Source: Gammaproteobacteria bacterium | GTDB lineage: Bacteria > Pseudomonadota > Gammaproteobacteria > GCA-001735895 | NCBI GenBank assembly: GCA_029862005.1 | Contig: JAOTYD010000008.1 | Coordinates: 4,472 to 68,471 of the forward strand | Reading direction: 5' to 3' | DNA: 64,000 bases | Shown here: one piece after another, positions 40,403 through 50,866 of the stretch | Numbering within the stretch: position 1 is the stretch's first letter | How the letters are laid out: each line of letters opens with the position of its first letter | The notes under the pieces: generated by a model | What the model was told of the DNA's origin: nothing | Seen by the model: only the letters and a program-made list of their open reading frames with translations | Database searches by the model: none | Made by a program: the position numbers and the translations under genes

Positions 40403-41980
40403 TTACCAGCGGCCGATGATGATACCCCGGGATTCATCCCGCCCGGGACCCATGGCTGCCAGGTCGTCATACGATGCACCAACGCGGGGTTTCAATCGAC
40501 GACGCGAATCGATCAGCAGTTGCCGCATATCCCTGCGAATTTTACTGTGGTCCAGGTCCTCGCCGAGATCGTTTAACTCATTCGGATCTCTCTGCATATC
40601 GAACAGCTGGGGTCGATACAGGTTATGGTGAATATATTTCCAGCGTTGATCACGGACCATGGTTGCGCGGCAATCATAGGGCGCGATATCGAGCAGGGTT
40701 CGAGGCCCGCGGTCCGAATAATCGATCTCACTTAAAGCGTACTGCCGCCAGTCGGCTGGCGCGCTATGTGATCGTAGTAGCGGCATCAGCGAACATCCTT
40801 CGACTCGCTCGTGGCAGATATTGCCACCAGCGAATTCGATAAACGTCGGCAACAGGTCAATCGCCTCGACCATCTCGTTGCAGACGCTACCGCGGGTTTC
40901 ATCGGCGGTCGCGTTTGGGTTGACGATGATCAACGGGATTTTTACCGAGGCTTCGTGGAACAGGTCTTTTTCTCCAAGCCAGTGATCACCCAGGTATTCA
41001 CCGTGATCACTGGTGAACACCAGCATCGTTTTTTCGAAGATACCGGTTTGTTTCATGTATTCGAACAGGCGCCCCAGTTGATCATCGATCTGTCGAACCA
41101 GGCCCATGTAAACCGGAATAACACGTTCGCGCACATCTTCACGCGCGAAGCTCTCGCTGTATTCCTGCTCCATAAAGGCCCGGTAAACCGGATGCGGGTT
41201 GTGTAACTCCTTGTCGGAACGCACCACAGCCTGGACATCCTCGCCGCTATAGAGGTCGTGATACGGTGCGGGAGCGATCAATGGCCAATGTGGCTTGATA
41301 TAGGAGAGGTGCAGACACCAGGGATTATCGTCCTCTTGCTGTTCCAGGAAATCGATCGCCCGGTTGGTTAAAAAAGTAGTCTCCGAATGCGCTTCGTCAA
41401 CCCGCGACGGGTAGACCGAGTTACGCAGTCTCCAGCCTGAGCGAATATTGCCATCTTTGTCTTCGCCGCTATTGGCGTATTCCTGCCACGGATTTTTGCC
41501 GGCGTAACCGGCGCGATTAAGAAATGTGGTATAGCCGTGGTTGTCAGGCAAACTTCCGTCCGGATATAAACCTTCGTGCAGCTCGAAAGGTTCGTAACCG
41601 CCGCTGCCGGAATGCCACATAGAGTCAGATTCGGATGTAACGCCGAGCGACTCCATTGCTGCGGCACTTTTCCGGTTGTGAGCTTTGCCTACCAATGCGC
41701 TGCGATATCCCGAGGGTCTCAGGTAATCGGCGATCGTCAGTTCGTCCACTCGCATCGGGTCTTCGTTGGCCATTACCCCGTGGCTGGACTGGTAACGCCC
41801 GGTATAAAAACTGGCACGCGACGGGCCGCAGATCGGCGCCTGGCAATATGCATTGTCAAAACGCACACCGCGTGCGGCCAGTGAATCGATGTTCGGAGTA
41901 TGGAGTTTCAGGTGCCCGTAGCAGGACAGGTAGTCCCACCGTAGCTGGTCGCACATGATGAACAGAATATTTCGCGGCAT
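40403..41980 (-). CDS. Cys-type sulfatase (arylsulfatase / choline-sulfatase-like)
   Basis: N-terminal LFIMCDQLRWD and formylglycine motif CGPSRASFYTGR. Confidence 0.85.
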   Translation of the reverse strand: MPRNILFIMCDQLRWDYLSCYGHLKLHTPNIDSLAARGVRFDNAYCQAPICGPSRASFYTGRYQSSHGVMANEDPMRVDELTIADYLRPSGYRSALVGKAHNRKSAAAMESLGVTSESDSMWHSGSGGYEPFELHEGLYPDGSLPDNHGYTTFLNRAGYAGKNPWQEYANSGEDKDGNIRSGWRLRNSVYPSRVDEAHSETTFLTNRAIDFLEQQEDDNPWCLHLSYIKPHWPLIAPAPYHDLYSGEDVQAVVRSDKELHNPHPVYRAFMEQEYSESFAREDVRERVIPVYMGLVRQIDDQLGRLFEYMKQTGIFEKTMLVFTSDHGEYLGDHWLGEKDLFHEASVKIPLIIVNPNATADETRGSVCNEMVEAIDLLPTFIEFAGGNICHERVEGCSLMPLLRSHSAPADWRQYALSEIDYSDRGPRTLLDIAPYDCRATMVRDQRWKYIHHNLYRPQLFDMQRDPNELNDLGEDLDHSKIRRDMRQLLIDSRRRLKPRVGASYDDLAAMGPGRDESRGIIIGRW

Positions 41981-42009
41981 TACACAGAATCCAATGACGT
42001 TATCTCCGC

Positions 42010-42110
42010 CGAAGCGGGGATCTCTAACTGATTGGCTACCAGTTTATACAAGATTCCCGCTTTCGCGGGAATGACTTTTTATGATCGTAAAGTCATTAAT
42101 CCTTGTATAG
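42010..42110. repeat. REP/MITE-like nested palindrome, site C (TATACAAG ... ATTCCCGC-TTTC-GCGGGAATGAC ... AATGACTTT-N10-AAAGTCATT ... CTTGTATA)
   Basis: Three nested perfect inverted repeats plus GCGGGGATC upstream. Lies between the permease and the sulfatase. Confidence 0.5.
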
Positions 42111-43025
42111 CCGCGGGTTGAATACATCGCGCAGGAAGTCTCCCATCAGGTTGATCGCGATGACGATGACGACCAGGAAGAAGCCGGGGATCAACGTGAT
42201 CCACCAGGATCCCGAGTAAAGGTACTCCTTGCCAATGCTGATCAGCGAGCCGAGGCTGGGCTCGGTGACCGGCATACCGAGGCCGAGAAATGAAAGAGCC
42301 GCTTCGGTAATAATCGCGTTGGCGATTTGTACGGTAGCGATGACAAATATTGGGGACAGGCAGTTCGGCAAAATGTGTTTGAACATGATGCGAATTGGCC
42401 CAAAGCCCATCACGTGCGCGGCATCGACATATTCCTTTTCTTTTTCTCCGAGCACCGATGAGCGCACCGTGCGGGCAACTTGCGGCCATTCGGCTAGTCC
42501 GATAACGAGAATCAGGATCAGCATCGCCCAGTTACTGTAGGTTTCGCCGCCGAAGGCATTTTTAACGATGGCAAGAACGATGATAGCCACCATCAGCGTC
42601 GAAAACGACAGCTGCACATCCGCGATTCGCATCAGTATGTTATCGACACGACCGCCGATGTAACCCGATACCAGGCCGATGACGATGCCAATTGCAGCCT
42701 GCAGTAATACCGCGAATATACCGATCAGCAGTGACACGCGCATGCCATAGAGAATCGTGCTCCAGAGGTCGCGTCCCTGGTCGTCGGTGCCGAGTAAAAA
42801 ACGTTGGTCCGCTCCCTCGAACCAGACTGGCGGCATTTCTGAATCCATCAGGTCGATTTGTGTCAGATCGTATGGATCGAACGGCGCGATCAGCGGCGAG
42901 AACAACGCCATCAGTGCCAAAATCAGGAACAGAGAACTCGCAGCAATTGCGATTTTGTCGCGCTTGTAATAATGCACCAGGTCGGATTGCAGCATTTGCT
43001 GCCATCGCGTCGTGACTGCGTTCAT
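42096..43025 (-). CDS. Opp/Dpp-type ABC transporter permease (DppC-like)
   Basis: N-terminal OppC-type extension and the permease signature region. Confidence 0.85.
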   Translation of the reverse strand: MNAVTTRWQQMLQSDLVHYYKRDKIAIAASSLFLILALMALFSPLIAPFDPYDLTQIDLMDSEMPPVWFEGADQRFLLGTDDQGRDLWSTILYGMRVSLLIGIFAVLLQAAIGIVIGLVSGYIGGRVDNILMRIADVQLSFSTLMVAIIVLAIVKNAFGGETYSNWAMLILILVIGLAEWPQVARTVRSSVLGEKEKEYVDAAHVMGFGPIRIMFKHILPNCLSPIFVIATVQIANAIITEAALSFLGLGMPVTEPSLGSLISIGKEYLYSGSWWITLIPGFFLVVIVIAINLMGDFLRDVFNPRLYKD

Positions 43026-44002
43026 TGCCTGCGCCCAACCAGATCAACCATTGGGTTGATCACACCATAAAGCAGATCGACTAGCGTATTGACAACGACG
43101 AACAGGAAACCGACAAACATAATGTAGGCGGTGATCAGCGGGATGTCGGAGCGGTTAACCGCTTCGAGAAACATGAATCCCATCCCCGGCCACTGAAACA
43201 CCGACTCGGTCAATATCGTGTAGGCGACCATGATGCCGATTTGCACACCGCCGACGGTAATCACCGGCAACATCGTATTTTTAAGGGCATGCTTGAGGTA
43301 AACCGGCATCGCGGACAGGCCCTTGGCGCGTGCGAACTTGACGTATTCGGAACTTAAGACTTCGAGCATTTCTGCACGTACCAGACGAATAAACAGCGGC
43401 AGCATGATGGATGACAGTGCAATTGCCGGCATGATGATATGCACGATGCCGTCCCAGCTGGCGAAATTGGTACTCCAGTAAGCCCACACCTGTACCACCT
43501 CACCGCGGCCGAAAGAGGGCATCCAGCCCAGCGTGATCGAAAAAATGAATATCATCGCCAGTGCGGTAAGGAATACCGGGATTGATATACCGACGACACT
43601 AACCGCCATGGTAAAACGGCTAAACCAGTGGCGCGGCTTGATCGCGCAAAAAACGCCCATCGGAATCGACACGAATATGATGATCAGCGACGCGGCGAAC
43701 GAAAGCTCGAGCGTAGCCGGCAGCTTTTTGAGGATGACGTCGAGTGTCGGCTCCTTGAAAAAATAGGAAGTACCGAGGTCCCCCTGCAGCGCGCGGGTGA
43801 TAAAACGGCCGTATTGTACCAGTAGTGGATCGTTGAGACCCAGTGATTCGCGCAGGTTGGCGCGCTCCACTTCCGACATCGACATGGCAGCCAGTTCCCG
43901 GGTCGGATCGCCCAGCGTGTCCTGGATCGAAAAACAGAACAGGCTGATGATGAGCATCACGATCGCCGCCTGCAAAACTCTTCTGAGCAGGAACTGGATC
44001 AT
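43022..44002 (-). CDS. Opp/Dpp-type ABC transporter permease (DppB-like)
   Basis: Typical DppB-like N-terminus MIQFLLRRVLQA; six TM helices. Confidence 0.85.
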   Translation of the reverse strand: MIQFLLRRVLQAAIVMLIISLFCFSIQDTLGDPTRELAAMSMSEVERANLRESLGLNDPLLVQYGRFITRALQGDLGTSYFFKEPTLDVILKKLPATLELSFAASLIIIFVSIPMGVFCAIKPRHWFSRFTMAVSVVGISIPVFLTALAMIFIFSITLGWMPSFGRGEVVQVWAYWSTNFASWDGIVHIIMPAIALSSIMLPLFIRLVRAEMLEVLSSEYVKFARAKGLSAMPVYLKHALKNTMLPVITVGGVQIGIMVAYTILTESVFQWPGMGFMFLEAVNRSDIPLITAYIMFVGFLFVVVNTLVDLLYGVINPMVDLVGRRQ

Positions 44003-44069
44003 GTTACGAGAAAATACTCCGGGCGGAAATCGCCCGGAGCAGGTTATCGGGAGCTGATGACGAAGTCAT

Positions 44070-45626
44070 CTAGTTGATGACGAGATCACCCAAGTACGGG
44101 AAGTTGAGCGCGTTTACGATTGGATCGATGTTAACGCCCTTGCGTGCCGCCCAGGCGAGGTTTTGCCAGTGCAGCGGGACAAACCCGGCGTCCTGGTAAA
44201 TCTTGGCCTCGATGTCCTGTAGCATTTTCGCGCGCTTGGTGGAATCGGTTTCAGCGTTTGCCATCATGGTATTCTTATCGACGTAGTCGCTACTATAGTT
44301 ACCCGAATTGTAAACACCCATGCCGGTGCTCTGATCCGGGGTCATCGCCAGGAACTCGAAAAAGTTGGCGCTGTCCTCGGTGTCGGAATGCCAGCCGATC
44401 ATCATGATATCCGCGGCGCGGTCGTCGAATGCAGGCCAGTATTGCGCCTTGGGCATGGTTTGCAGATCGACCTTGATGTTGATTTTTGACAGCATCGTGG
44501 CAACCGCCTGGGCGATTTTATCGTCATTAACGTAACGATTATTCGGCGCCATCATGGTGACGCTGAAGCCATTCTCGTAACCCGCGTCTTTCATCAGCTG
44601 TTGGGCGAGTTTTAGGTCAAAGCGGGGTTTGAGTTTGGGATTGTAACCGAGATAACCCGCGGGGCTCATCTGGCCGGCCGTGGTCGCAAAACCTTTCATG
44701 ATTTTTTGGACGATGGCCTCGTTATTAACCGCATGAACGATTGCCATGCGGACGCGCTGATCGCGAAACTCGGGACGACGTTCCTGGTTCATCTGAAACG
44801 TGATGATACGCGTGCCGGGCATTGTGACCAGATCAGCGTTGCTGGCTGAGCGAATCTGGTCGAAGTCATTTGGCGATACCGGCGCGATGAAATCTACATC
44901 ACCGGAGAGCAGCGCTGCAACCCGTGTTTGCTCATCCTTGATCGGTGTAAAGATAATGCGATCAACATTACCGGGAGAACCTTTGTCCCAGTAATTCGCA
45001 AAACGCTCGAAGACGATTTTAACGCCCTGTTCACGTGAAGTTACCTTAAACGGACCGGTTCCGGACAGGTTGGTTGAGGCAAACGATGCGCCATTTTTAA
45101 CGATCGCGCCCTTGTCGTTACCGTTGGCATCGGTTCCGGTGTAAAACTTGCTGTCCATCGGGAAAATGTAGGTCGCAGTATGCAATACCAACGGGTAAGG
45201 GCCGCTGGTTACCAGGTCGATGGTGTGATCGTCGATCACATTGAGCTCGGTGAAATTGGCAAATATGCCCTTGAAATCGGGACTCACCTTGAGGCGATCG
45301 AAGGTCCATTTAAAATCCGCTGCGGTCATCGGGTTGCCACTGTGGAACTTGACGCCCTTGCGCAGGTTAAAGCGCACCGTGGTCGGATTAAGGCGCTTGT
45401 AGCTGGTCGCCAGTCGATTTTCAAATGCCAGGTCCTTAGTCCAGCGGATCAGCGGATCAAAGGACATATGTGAGAGTTGTAAAATACCGCCGGATAATTG
45501 CTCGTGAATATCCAAAGTCACCGGATCGGCGTCATAAGCAAGCCTTAGATCTTTTGCATTTGCCGTGGTGAAGGATAGCAGGCTCGCCATCACCAGGCAG
45601 GTAGTAAGTAGAAAACGATTTTTCAT
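44070..45626 (-). CDS. Family-5 (peptide/opine/nickel) ABC substrate-binding protein
   Basis: Signal peptide; SBP_bac_5 length and blocks. AAGGAG Shine-Dalgarno upstream of the start. Confidence 0.85.
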   Translation of the reverse strand: MKNRFLLTTCLVMASLLSFTTANAKDLRLAYDADPVTLDIHEQLSGGILQLSHMSFDPLIRWTKDLAFENRLATSYKRLNPTTVRFNLRKGVKFHSGNPMTAADFKWTFDRLKVSPDFKGIFANFTELNVIDDHTIDLVTSGPYPLVLHTATYIFPMDSKFYTGTDANGNDKGAIVKNGASFASTNLSGTGPFKVTSREQGVKIVFERFANYWDKGSPGNVDRIIFTPIKDEQTRVAALLSGDVDFIAPVSPNDFDQIRSASNADLVTMPGTRIITFQMNQERRPEFRDQRVRMAIVHAVNNEAIVQKIMKGFATTAGQMSPAGYLGYNPKLKPRFDLKLAQQLMKDAGYENGFSVTMMAPNNRYVNDDKIAQAVATMLSKINIKVDLQTMPKAQYWPAFDDRAADIMMIGWHSDTEDSANFFEFLAMTPDQSTGMGVYNSGNYSSDYVDKNTMMANAETDSTKRAKMLQDIEAKIYQDAGFVPLHWQNLAWAARKGVNIDPIVNALNFPYLGDLVIN

Positions 45627-45706
45627 GGTGGATACTCCTTCAGTCATTTGTCATTGGTTATGCCTACAGCAGTTTTATTGAAAAAAACCGAAAAATTTTT
45701 ATATTA

Positions 45707-47425
45707 TTAGTGTGTTATATCTTCATGCTCATAAATACTATCGAATCGCGGCATTAGCGCAAGTAGCTCGATGCTGTATTCGTTTCGCGGGCTTTCGAAA
45801 AAATCTTCGCAATCCGCAGTCTCAAGTATGCGCCCACGGCGCATGATTGCAACCCGATCACACATTTGGCGGATGACTGGCAAGTCGTGACTTATAAACA
45901 GCATGGTCAGACCAAGTTCGTCCTGCAAGTCCTTCAACAGGTTCAATATCTGTGCCTGCACCGATACGTCGAGCGCCGAAGTCGGCTCGTCGCAAATTAA
46001 AAGTCGAGGCCTGCTCGCGAGTGCCCGGGCGATTGATATACGTTGGCGTTGACCACCCGAGAATTCGTGTGGGTAGCGACGCCCCATCTGGCGACCCAGG
46101 CCCACGTGGTCGAGCAGATCGCCGACGATCTGGCTGACTTCCTGGGGTGGCGCAAGTCGATGAAACAGGATCGGCTCGGCGATGATATCGTTAACCTTCA
46201 TGCGCCCATTGAGCGATGAGTAGGGATTCTGGAACACCATTTGCATTTGCAGTCTGGCTTGTTTTACGGCTTCATGGTCCGGGTTATTAAACAATTCAAC
46301 TCCGTCGAACCGGATCGAACCGCTGTTGGGTTGCTGCAATCCGGCCACCATGCGGGCAATCGTGGATTTGCCTGATCCGCTTTCGCCGACCAGCCCGAAT
46401 GACTCTCCCTGTTTGATGGTCAGATTGACATCCTGGGTGGCTTGCAGGTATCTACGGTTCTTTTCGAGAAACGCATCGCGTGTAATAAACCGCAGGTTCA
46501 GATTTTCGATTTCGAGGAGGTTTTCACCACCCCCATGTCTCGTGCTCTGCCCCAGCCAGTGGGTAGAGACATCGATATGCTTGAGACCCTTGGCGGTGGT
46601 TTCGATATATTCAACCAGTGGAAAGCGATCAACCTTGATCGTCGATCTAGGTACGGCGCTGATCAGGCTCTTGGTATAGTCGTGTTTTGGCGCGGTCAAA
46701 ACCTGAGCGGTCTTCCCGATCTCTACCAGCTTACCGCGATACATGACTGCGACGCGGTCGGTCACGCTTGCGATGACGCCCATATCGTGAGTTACCAACA
46801 GGCAACCGACCTGGCGTTCCTGGCACAGGCATCGAATCAATGAAAGGATCTGGTCTTGTACCGATACGTCCAGTGCAGTAGTGGGTTCGTCGGCGATCAA
46901 TAACTCGGGTTCGCCGGCGAGCGCGATCGCAATCACGACACGCTGACGCATGCCGCCCGAAAACTGATGCGGAAATTGCTTGATGCGAATTTCGGGATCG
47001 GGGATGCCAACCTGGTCGAGCAGATCGATCGCGATCCGCAAAGCTTCTTTCTGACTGTCAACGCTGAGATTGGTAAGAATGGTCTCGATCAACTGATTTT
47101 CAACGGTGAACAGCGGATTCAGCGATGTCATCGGGTCCTGAAAAATGAAACCCACGCGCGAGCCCCGAACCTTTAAAATTTCCTTGTCGGTGAAAGTAGA
47201 GATCTTGGTATCGTTGAGGTATATGTCGCCTTTTGACACCCGACCCGGTGGGCTAAGCAATTGTACGATACCGTTGCCGATAGTTGATTTACCGGCGCCT
47301 GATTCACCCACGAGCCCCAGAATTTCACCGGCTTCGAGATCAAAACTGACGTCTTCGACTGCATAATCGGTTTCGTATCGGCCGGGGAATTCGATACTTA
47401 GATTTTTTATACTTAACAGCGGCAT
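45707..47425 (-). CDS. Fused double ATPase subunit of an Opp/Dpp-type ABC transporter (DppD+DppF fusion)
   Basis: Two Walker A motifs (GLVGESGAGKST, GLVGESGSGKST) and two LSGG signatures. Confidence 0.85.
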   Translation of the reverse strand: MPLLSIKNLSIEFPGRYETDYAVEDVSFDLEAGEILGLVGESGAGKSTIGNGIVQLLSPPGRVSKGDIYLNDTKISTFTDKEILKVRGSRVGFIFQDPMTSLNPLFTVENQLIETILTNLSVDSQKEALRIAIDLLDQVGIPDPEIRIKQFPHQFSGGMRQRVVIAIALAGEPELLIADEPTTALDVSVQDQILSLIRCLCQERQVGCLLVTHDMGVIASVTDRVAVMYRGKLVEIGKTAQVLTAPKHDYTKSLISAVPRSTIKVDRFPLVEYIETTAKGLKHIDVSTHWLGQSTRHGGGENLLEIENLNLRFITRDAFLEKNRRYLQATQDVNLTIKQGESFGLVGESGSGKSTIARMVAGLQQPNSGSIRFDGVELFNNPDHEAVKQARLQMQMVFQNPYSSLNGRMKVNDIIAEPILFHRLAPPQEVSQIVGDLLDHVGLGRQMGRRYPHEFSGGQRQRISIARALASRPRLLICDEPTSALDVSVQAQILNLLKDLQDELGLTMLFISHDLPVIRQMCDRVAIMRRGRILETADCEDFFESPRNEYSIELLALMPRFDSIYEHEDITH

Positions 47426-47599
47426 TTGCTATTTGGCCTTGATTTTTAGCTGCTTGGGCGAAACGGGATGCTAACGCGCTCGTCAATAAATTGCTACTTC
47501 TCAGGGCTGCCGATCAACTGTGCCTTCAGGTTATAGGGCCAGGCATTTGTGATTCCGGTAAGCATTAAATAATTAGACCGGTAGAATCGAATCTTTAAA

Positions 47600-48337
47600 C
47601 TAGTACCGTAAACGGTGTTGGTACAGGATTTCATAGGATGGGCGTGCGTGTAACGCTATCTGTTTATCCTTGTCCGAAAGCGTATATTTTTGTTCGCGAT
47701 AGGGTGCGAACCCGGTCGAGTTGCAGACCGAATCATACCAGTACTTTGCCCAGACCCCGTCGCTATCGCGAGGACCTTTTGGCCAACTGAGCATTTCGGG
47801 TCCAAACTCGATGTCGAGCTTTGTACAGATTGCTTGCAGCATGGTAGCCGGGTCCAGCAGGAACTCGCGGCTATCGATGACCAGGGGGATCTCGCCGGTC
47901 ATGGCGCGCACCTGATCGAATAACTCGGCCTGCTGGATGAAGCCGATATCCTCCAGCGTCGCGTCACTGCGCACCGCGGCATAGGACGTTATTACCGCTT
48001 CGGGTTCGCGGATCAGGAAACAGTTGACCATTTCGGATAGCCAGTCACGCTCGATTTCCGGTAACAGGTGCAGGGTCATGTGTTTCTGGTAGAAGATCTG
48101 CTTACCTCCCGGTATGGCGCCGGTGCAACGCTCGATGATCGCGTCAACGTCGGTGCCCTGGGCTTCAATCACTTCAGCCGCGCCCGGGTGTGGTAAACCG
48201 GTTGCCTGCAGGTAATAACCATACAAGGGCTCATCCCACACGACGCAATCGTTTCGATTCTCCCAGGCGCGCATCAACGCGGTCGAGATATTGCGGGGTC
48301 CCGACCACATCGCAATACGCAGTGGGGTTACGCGCAT
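47600..48337 (-). CDS. Putative PAPS-dependent sulfotransferase-family protein
   Basis: 5'-PSB-like loop SGPRNISTALMR and 3'-PB-like REPEAVITS. Weak motif-level call only. Confidence 0.4.
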   Translation of the reverse strand: MRVTPLRIAMWSGPRNISTALMRAWENRNDCVVWDEPLYGYYLQATGLPHPGAAEVIEAQGTDVDAIIERCTGAIPGGKQIFYQKHMTLHLLPEIERDWLSEMVNCFLIREPEAVITSYAAVRSDATLEDIGFIQQAELFDQVRAMTGEIPLVIDSREFLLDPATMLQAICTKLDIEFGPEMLSWPKGPRDSDGVWAKYWYDSVCNSTGFAPYREQKYTLSDKDKQIALHARPSYEILYQHRLRY

Positions 48338-49248
48338 TCCTGCTCGAGCATCGCGAGGTAAAGCTGCTGCAGTTTTTCGACCATTGGGCCGCGTTTGCCG
48401 TCACCGATGGTGCGGCCATCGATTTCGCGCACCGGTGCCAGGCCTGCAAAAGTGCCGGTCACGAAGGCTTCGTTTGCGCTGTAAACATCGGTCAGGCTGA
48501 AATTTTTCTGCCTCACCGGGATCTGGTTCTGCTCGCACAACTCGATTACCTTGCCGCGGGTTATGCCACCCAGGCAGTAATCGCCTGTCGAGGTCCACAC
48601 CTCATCCTTGCACACGATAAAAAAATGGGTCGAGTTACAGGTGGCGACAAAGCCATGGGGGTCGAGCATTAACGCCTCGTCGGCCCCGGCCTTGGCGGCC
48701 TGGATGCAGGCGGTAATGCAGTTCAGCTTGGAGTGACTGTTGAGCTTCGGATCCTGCACGTCGGGATAGCCGCGGCGCACGTGGACCGTGAACAGCTTGA
48801 TGCCCTTGCACGCGGTCTCGGGGAGTGCCTGCTTGTACTCCGGAATAATCACGATGGTGGGGGCTGTGATCGTAACGCGGGGATCCTGGTAGGGTGTCGC
48901 CTTGATCCCGCGCGACACCATGAGCCGGATGTGAACGCCATCCTGCATGTTGTTTTTTTCAAGCAGGCGGTAGAGGCGTTCGCCGAGTTCCGCGGCAGTT
49001 AATTCCATTTCCATATCGAGCGCTTTTGCGCCTGCATATAACCGCTCGAGGTGTTGCTCGAGAAACGCGATCTTGCCCCGGTGTACGCGCAATCCTTCCC
49101 AGACGCCATCGCCAAGCACGAAGCCGCTGTCGAACACCGATACTCTGGCCTCGTCACGTGCAAAAAATTCACCATTGATATCGATGAAGATGTCCGCGTT
49201 GCGCGGATCGTCCTGATACTCGTGAGTACCCTTGGTCTGACTATTCAT
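48328..49248 (-). CDS. Class IV PLP-dependent aminotransferase (branched-chain / D-amino-acid type)
   Basis: Aminotran_4 fold blocks (EGLRVHRGKIAFL, catalytic region TCNSTHFF). Confidence 0.8.
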   Translation of the reverse strand: MNSQTKGTHEYQDDPRNADIFIDINGEFFARDEARVSVFDSGFVLGDGVWEGLRVHRGKIAFLEQHLERLYAGAKALDMEMELTAAELGERLYRLLEKNNMQDGVHIRLMVSRGIKATPYQDPRVTITAPTIVIIPEYKQALPETACKGIKLFTVHVRRGYPDVQDPKLNSHSKLNCITACIQAAKAGADEALMLDPHGFVATCNSTHFFIVCKDEVWTSTGDYCLGGITRGKVIELCEQNQIPVRQKNFSLTDVYSANEAFVTGTFAGLAPVREIDGRTIGDGKRGPMVEKLQQLYLAMLEQECA

Positions 49249-49798
49249 CGGTGCTTCCTAATTCAAATTCCTCGCCCATACTCGAAATGCTCAGGTAAAC
49301 GGCACCATCGCGTTCAGTTTCATCCGCGAGATTGAGCAGGTCGTAAAAAGCGCTGCGGCTGATCAGTGCATCCAGGCCTTCGCGAAAATGTACATAGGGT
49401 CGAGGTTGGTTGGTGTTCGTGTCGATATCGACACGAACAGGGTGATCGCGATCGACGATGATTTGTTCACTTGTGTTGGTGGTAAACACGATTGCCTGTT
49501 GACCATTTTCCTCGATGCGATCGACCAGGTTTGCAACAAACGGCGCATCGTCCACCTGGATGCGCAGTTTTTCGGCGGGCGTGACGAGGAAGTACTCGTC
49601 ACCTTCGCGACGCAGAATCCCGGCAAACAGCTTCACCATGGAATCGCGCCGGAATGGGCGCCCCTCATGAAACCAGTTGCCATCGGCTGCGATACGGATA
49701 TCGATCTCGCCCTGATTTCGAGGATTCCAGTCACGCCTCGCCGCCCGGGTTGTTTCACTGGTCCTGATATTGGCGAGAATTTGATCGAGTTGGGACAT
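49241..49798 (-). CDS. Hypothetical protein (possibly DUF1285-like)
   Basis: No recognisable catalytic motif. Overlaps the downstream aminotransferase by 8 nt. Confidence 0.45.
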   Translation of the reverse strand: MSQLDQILANIRTSETTRAARRDWNPRNQGEIDIRIAADGNWFHEGRPFRRDSMVKLFAGILRREGDEYFLVTPAEKLRIQVDDAPFVANLVDRIEENGQQAIVFTTNTSEQIIVDRDHPVRVDIDTNTNQPRPYVHFREGLDALISRSAFYDLLNLADETERDGAVYLSISSMGEEFELGSTDE

Positions 49799-49977
49799 GC
49801 GTGTTTGTTTAATTTAACCAGCCACGATGTTATCCCCGGCGTGGATTAATGTCATCCTGTGCTTCGAGCCGCTACAAATGATCGGTGCTCGCACTGAACT
49901 GCCGGTTTTTCGAGACGGCTCACGCGATCTATCGAAAACGAATCAGTTAATCTATACTTTTACCACTTGCGCCATCC

Positions 49978-50733
49978 ATGAGGAAACAATCCACCATGAA
50001 ACGCAGAGGATTCGTCAAGCTGTGTGCGTCAGCGCTCGCCAGCATTACCGCCAGTCCCCAGTTACTGGCCCGGGAGAATCATGTTTATCATCGATACGGC
50101 AAGGTTGCCCTGATCGATCCCAATAGTGGTGAACCGATGCGGGCGGCGTCGCTGAACGTGGGAGAGGCTTACCTGTTCCACTACCCGTTTGTGTCCACGC
50201 CGTGTTTTCTCATAGACCTGGGCAAGTCAGTCACAACCCGAAGTAATCTCAAGACCCGCGACGGCGAGCTCTATCGGTGGCAGGGCGGGTCGGGGCAAAA
50301 AAACTCGGTGGTTGCATTCTCCGCGATTTGTGCGCACAAGATGAGCCACCCGGCACCATCTGTAAGCTTTATCAACTATCGGCATGGAAAAGTCAGGTTT
50401 CGTAACAGCAATGATGAACTCGAACAACGCGCCGGCGTCATATACTGCTGTTCGGAAAACAGCGTGTATGATCCCGCACATGGGGGTCGAGTACTCGGGG
50501 GCCCGGCACCGCAGCCGCTGGCTTCAATTGAGCTGGAATACGACAGGAGTGAAGATATCTTTTACGCTACCGCCACGATTGGCGGCGAAATGTTCGACCG
50601 TTATTTCAGGAATTTCCACGATCGGCTGGTACTGCAACACGGTCGAACCGATATCGATCGGGCATTGACCGGGACCACCGACCTGGTGCGACTCAGGGAT
50701 TACACCGAAAACCAGGTGAGCTGCCAGGCTTGA
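49978..50733 (+). CDS. Tat-exported protein with a degenerate Rieske-like Cys/His pattern
   Basis: Twin-arginine motif KRRGFVKL; CAHKMSH but no canonical second CXXH box. Confidence 0.5.
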   Translation: MRKQSTMKRRGFVKLCASALASITASPQLLARENHVYHRYGKVALIDPNSGEPMRAASLNVGEAYLFHYPFVSTPCFLIDLGKSVTTRSNLKTRDGELYRWQGGSGQKNSVVAFSAICAHKMSHPAPSVSFINYRHGKVRFRNSNDELEQRAGVIYCCSENSVYDPAHGGRVLGGPAPQPLASIELEYDRSEDIFYATATIGGEMFDRYFRNFHDRLVLQHGRTDIDRALTGTTDLVRLRDYTENQVSCQA

Positions 50734-50866
50734 GAAAAAGCGGGACCGAATAAGACTCCTGCCTCCGCGCAAACAAGGCTTCAAAGTAAAATCAAATGCC
50801 TGAATCAAATTTCCGGACGCAATCCGGTGCTGCTACTATTGGCTATTGTTTCCACCTGGTTTAGCG

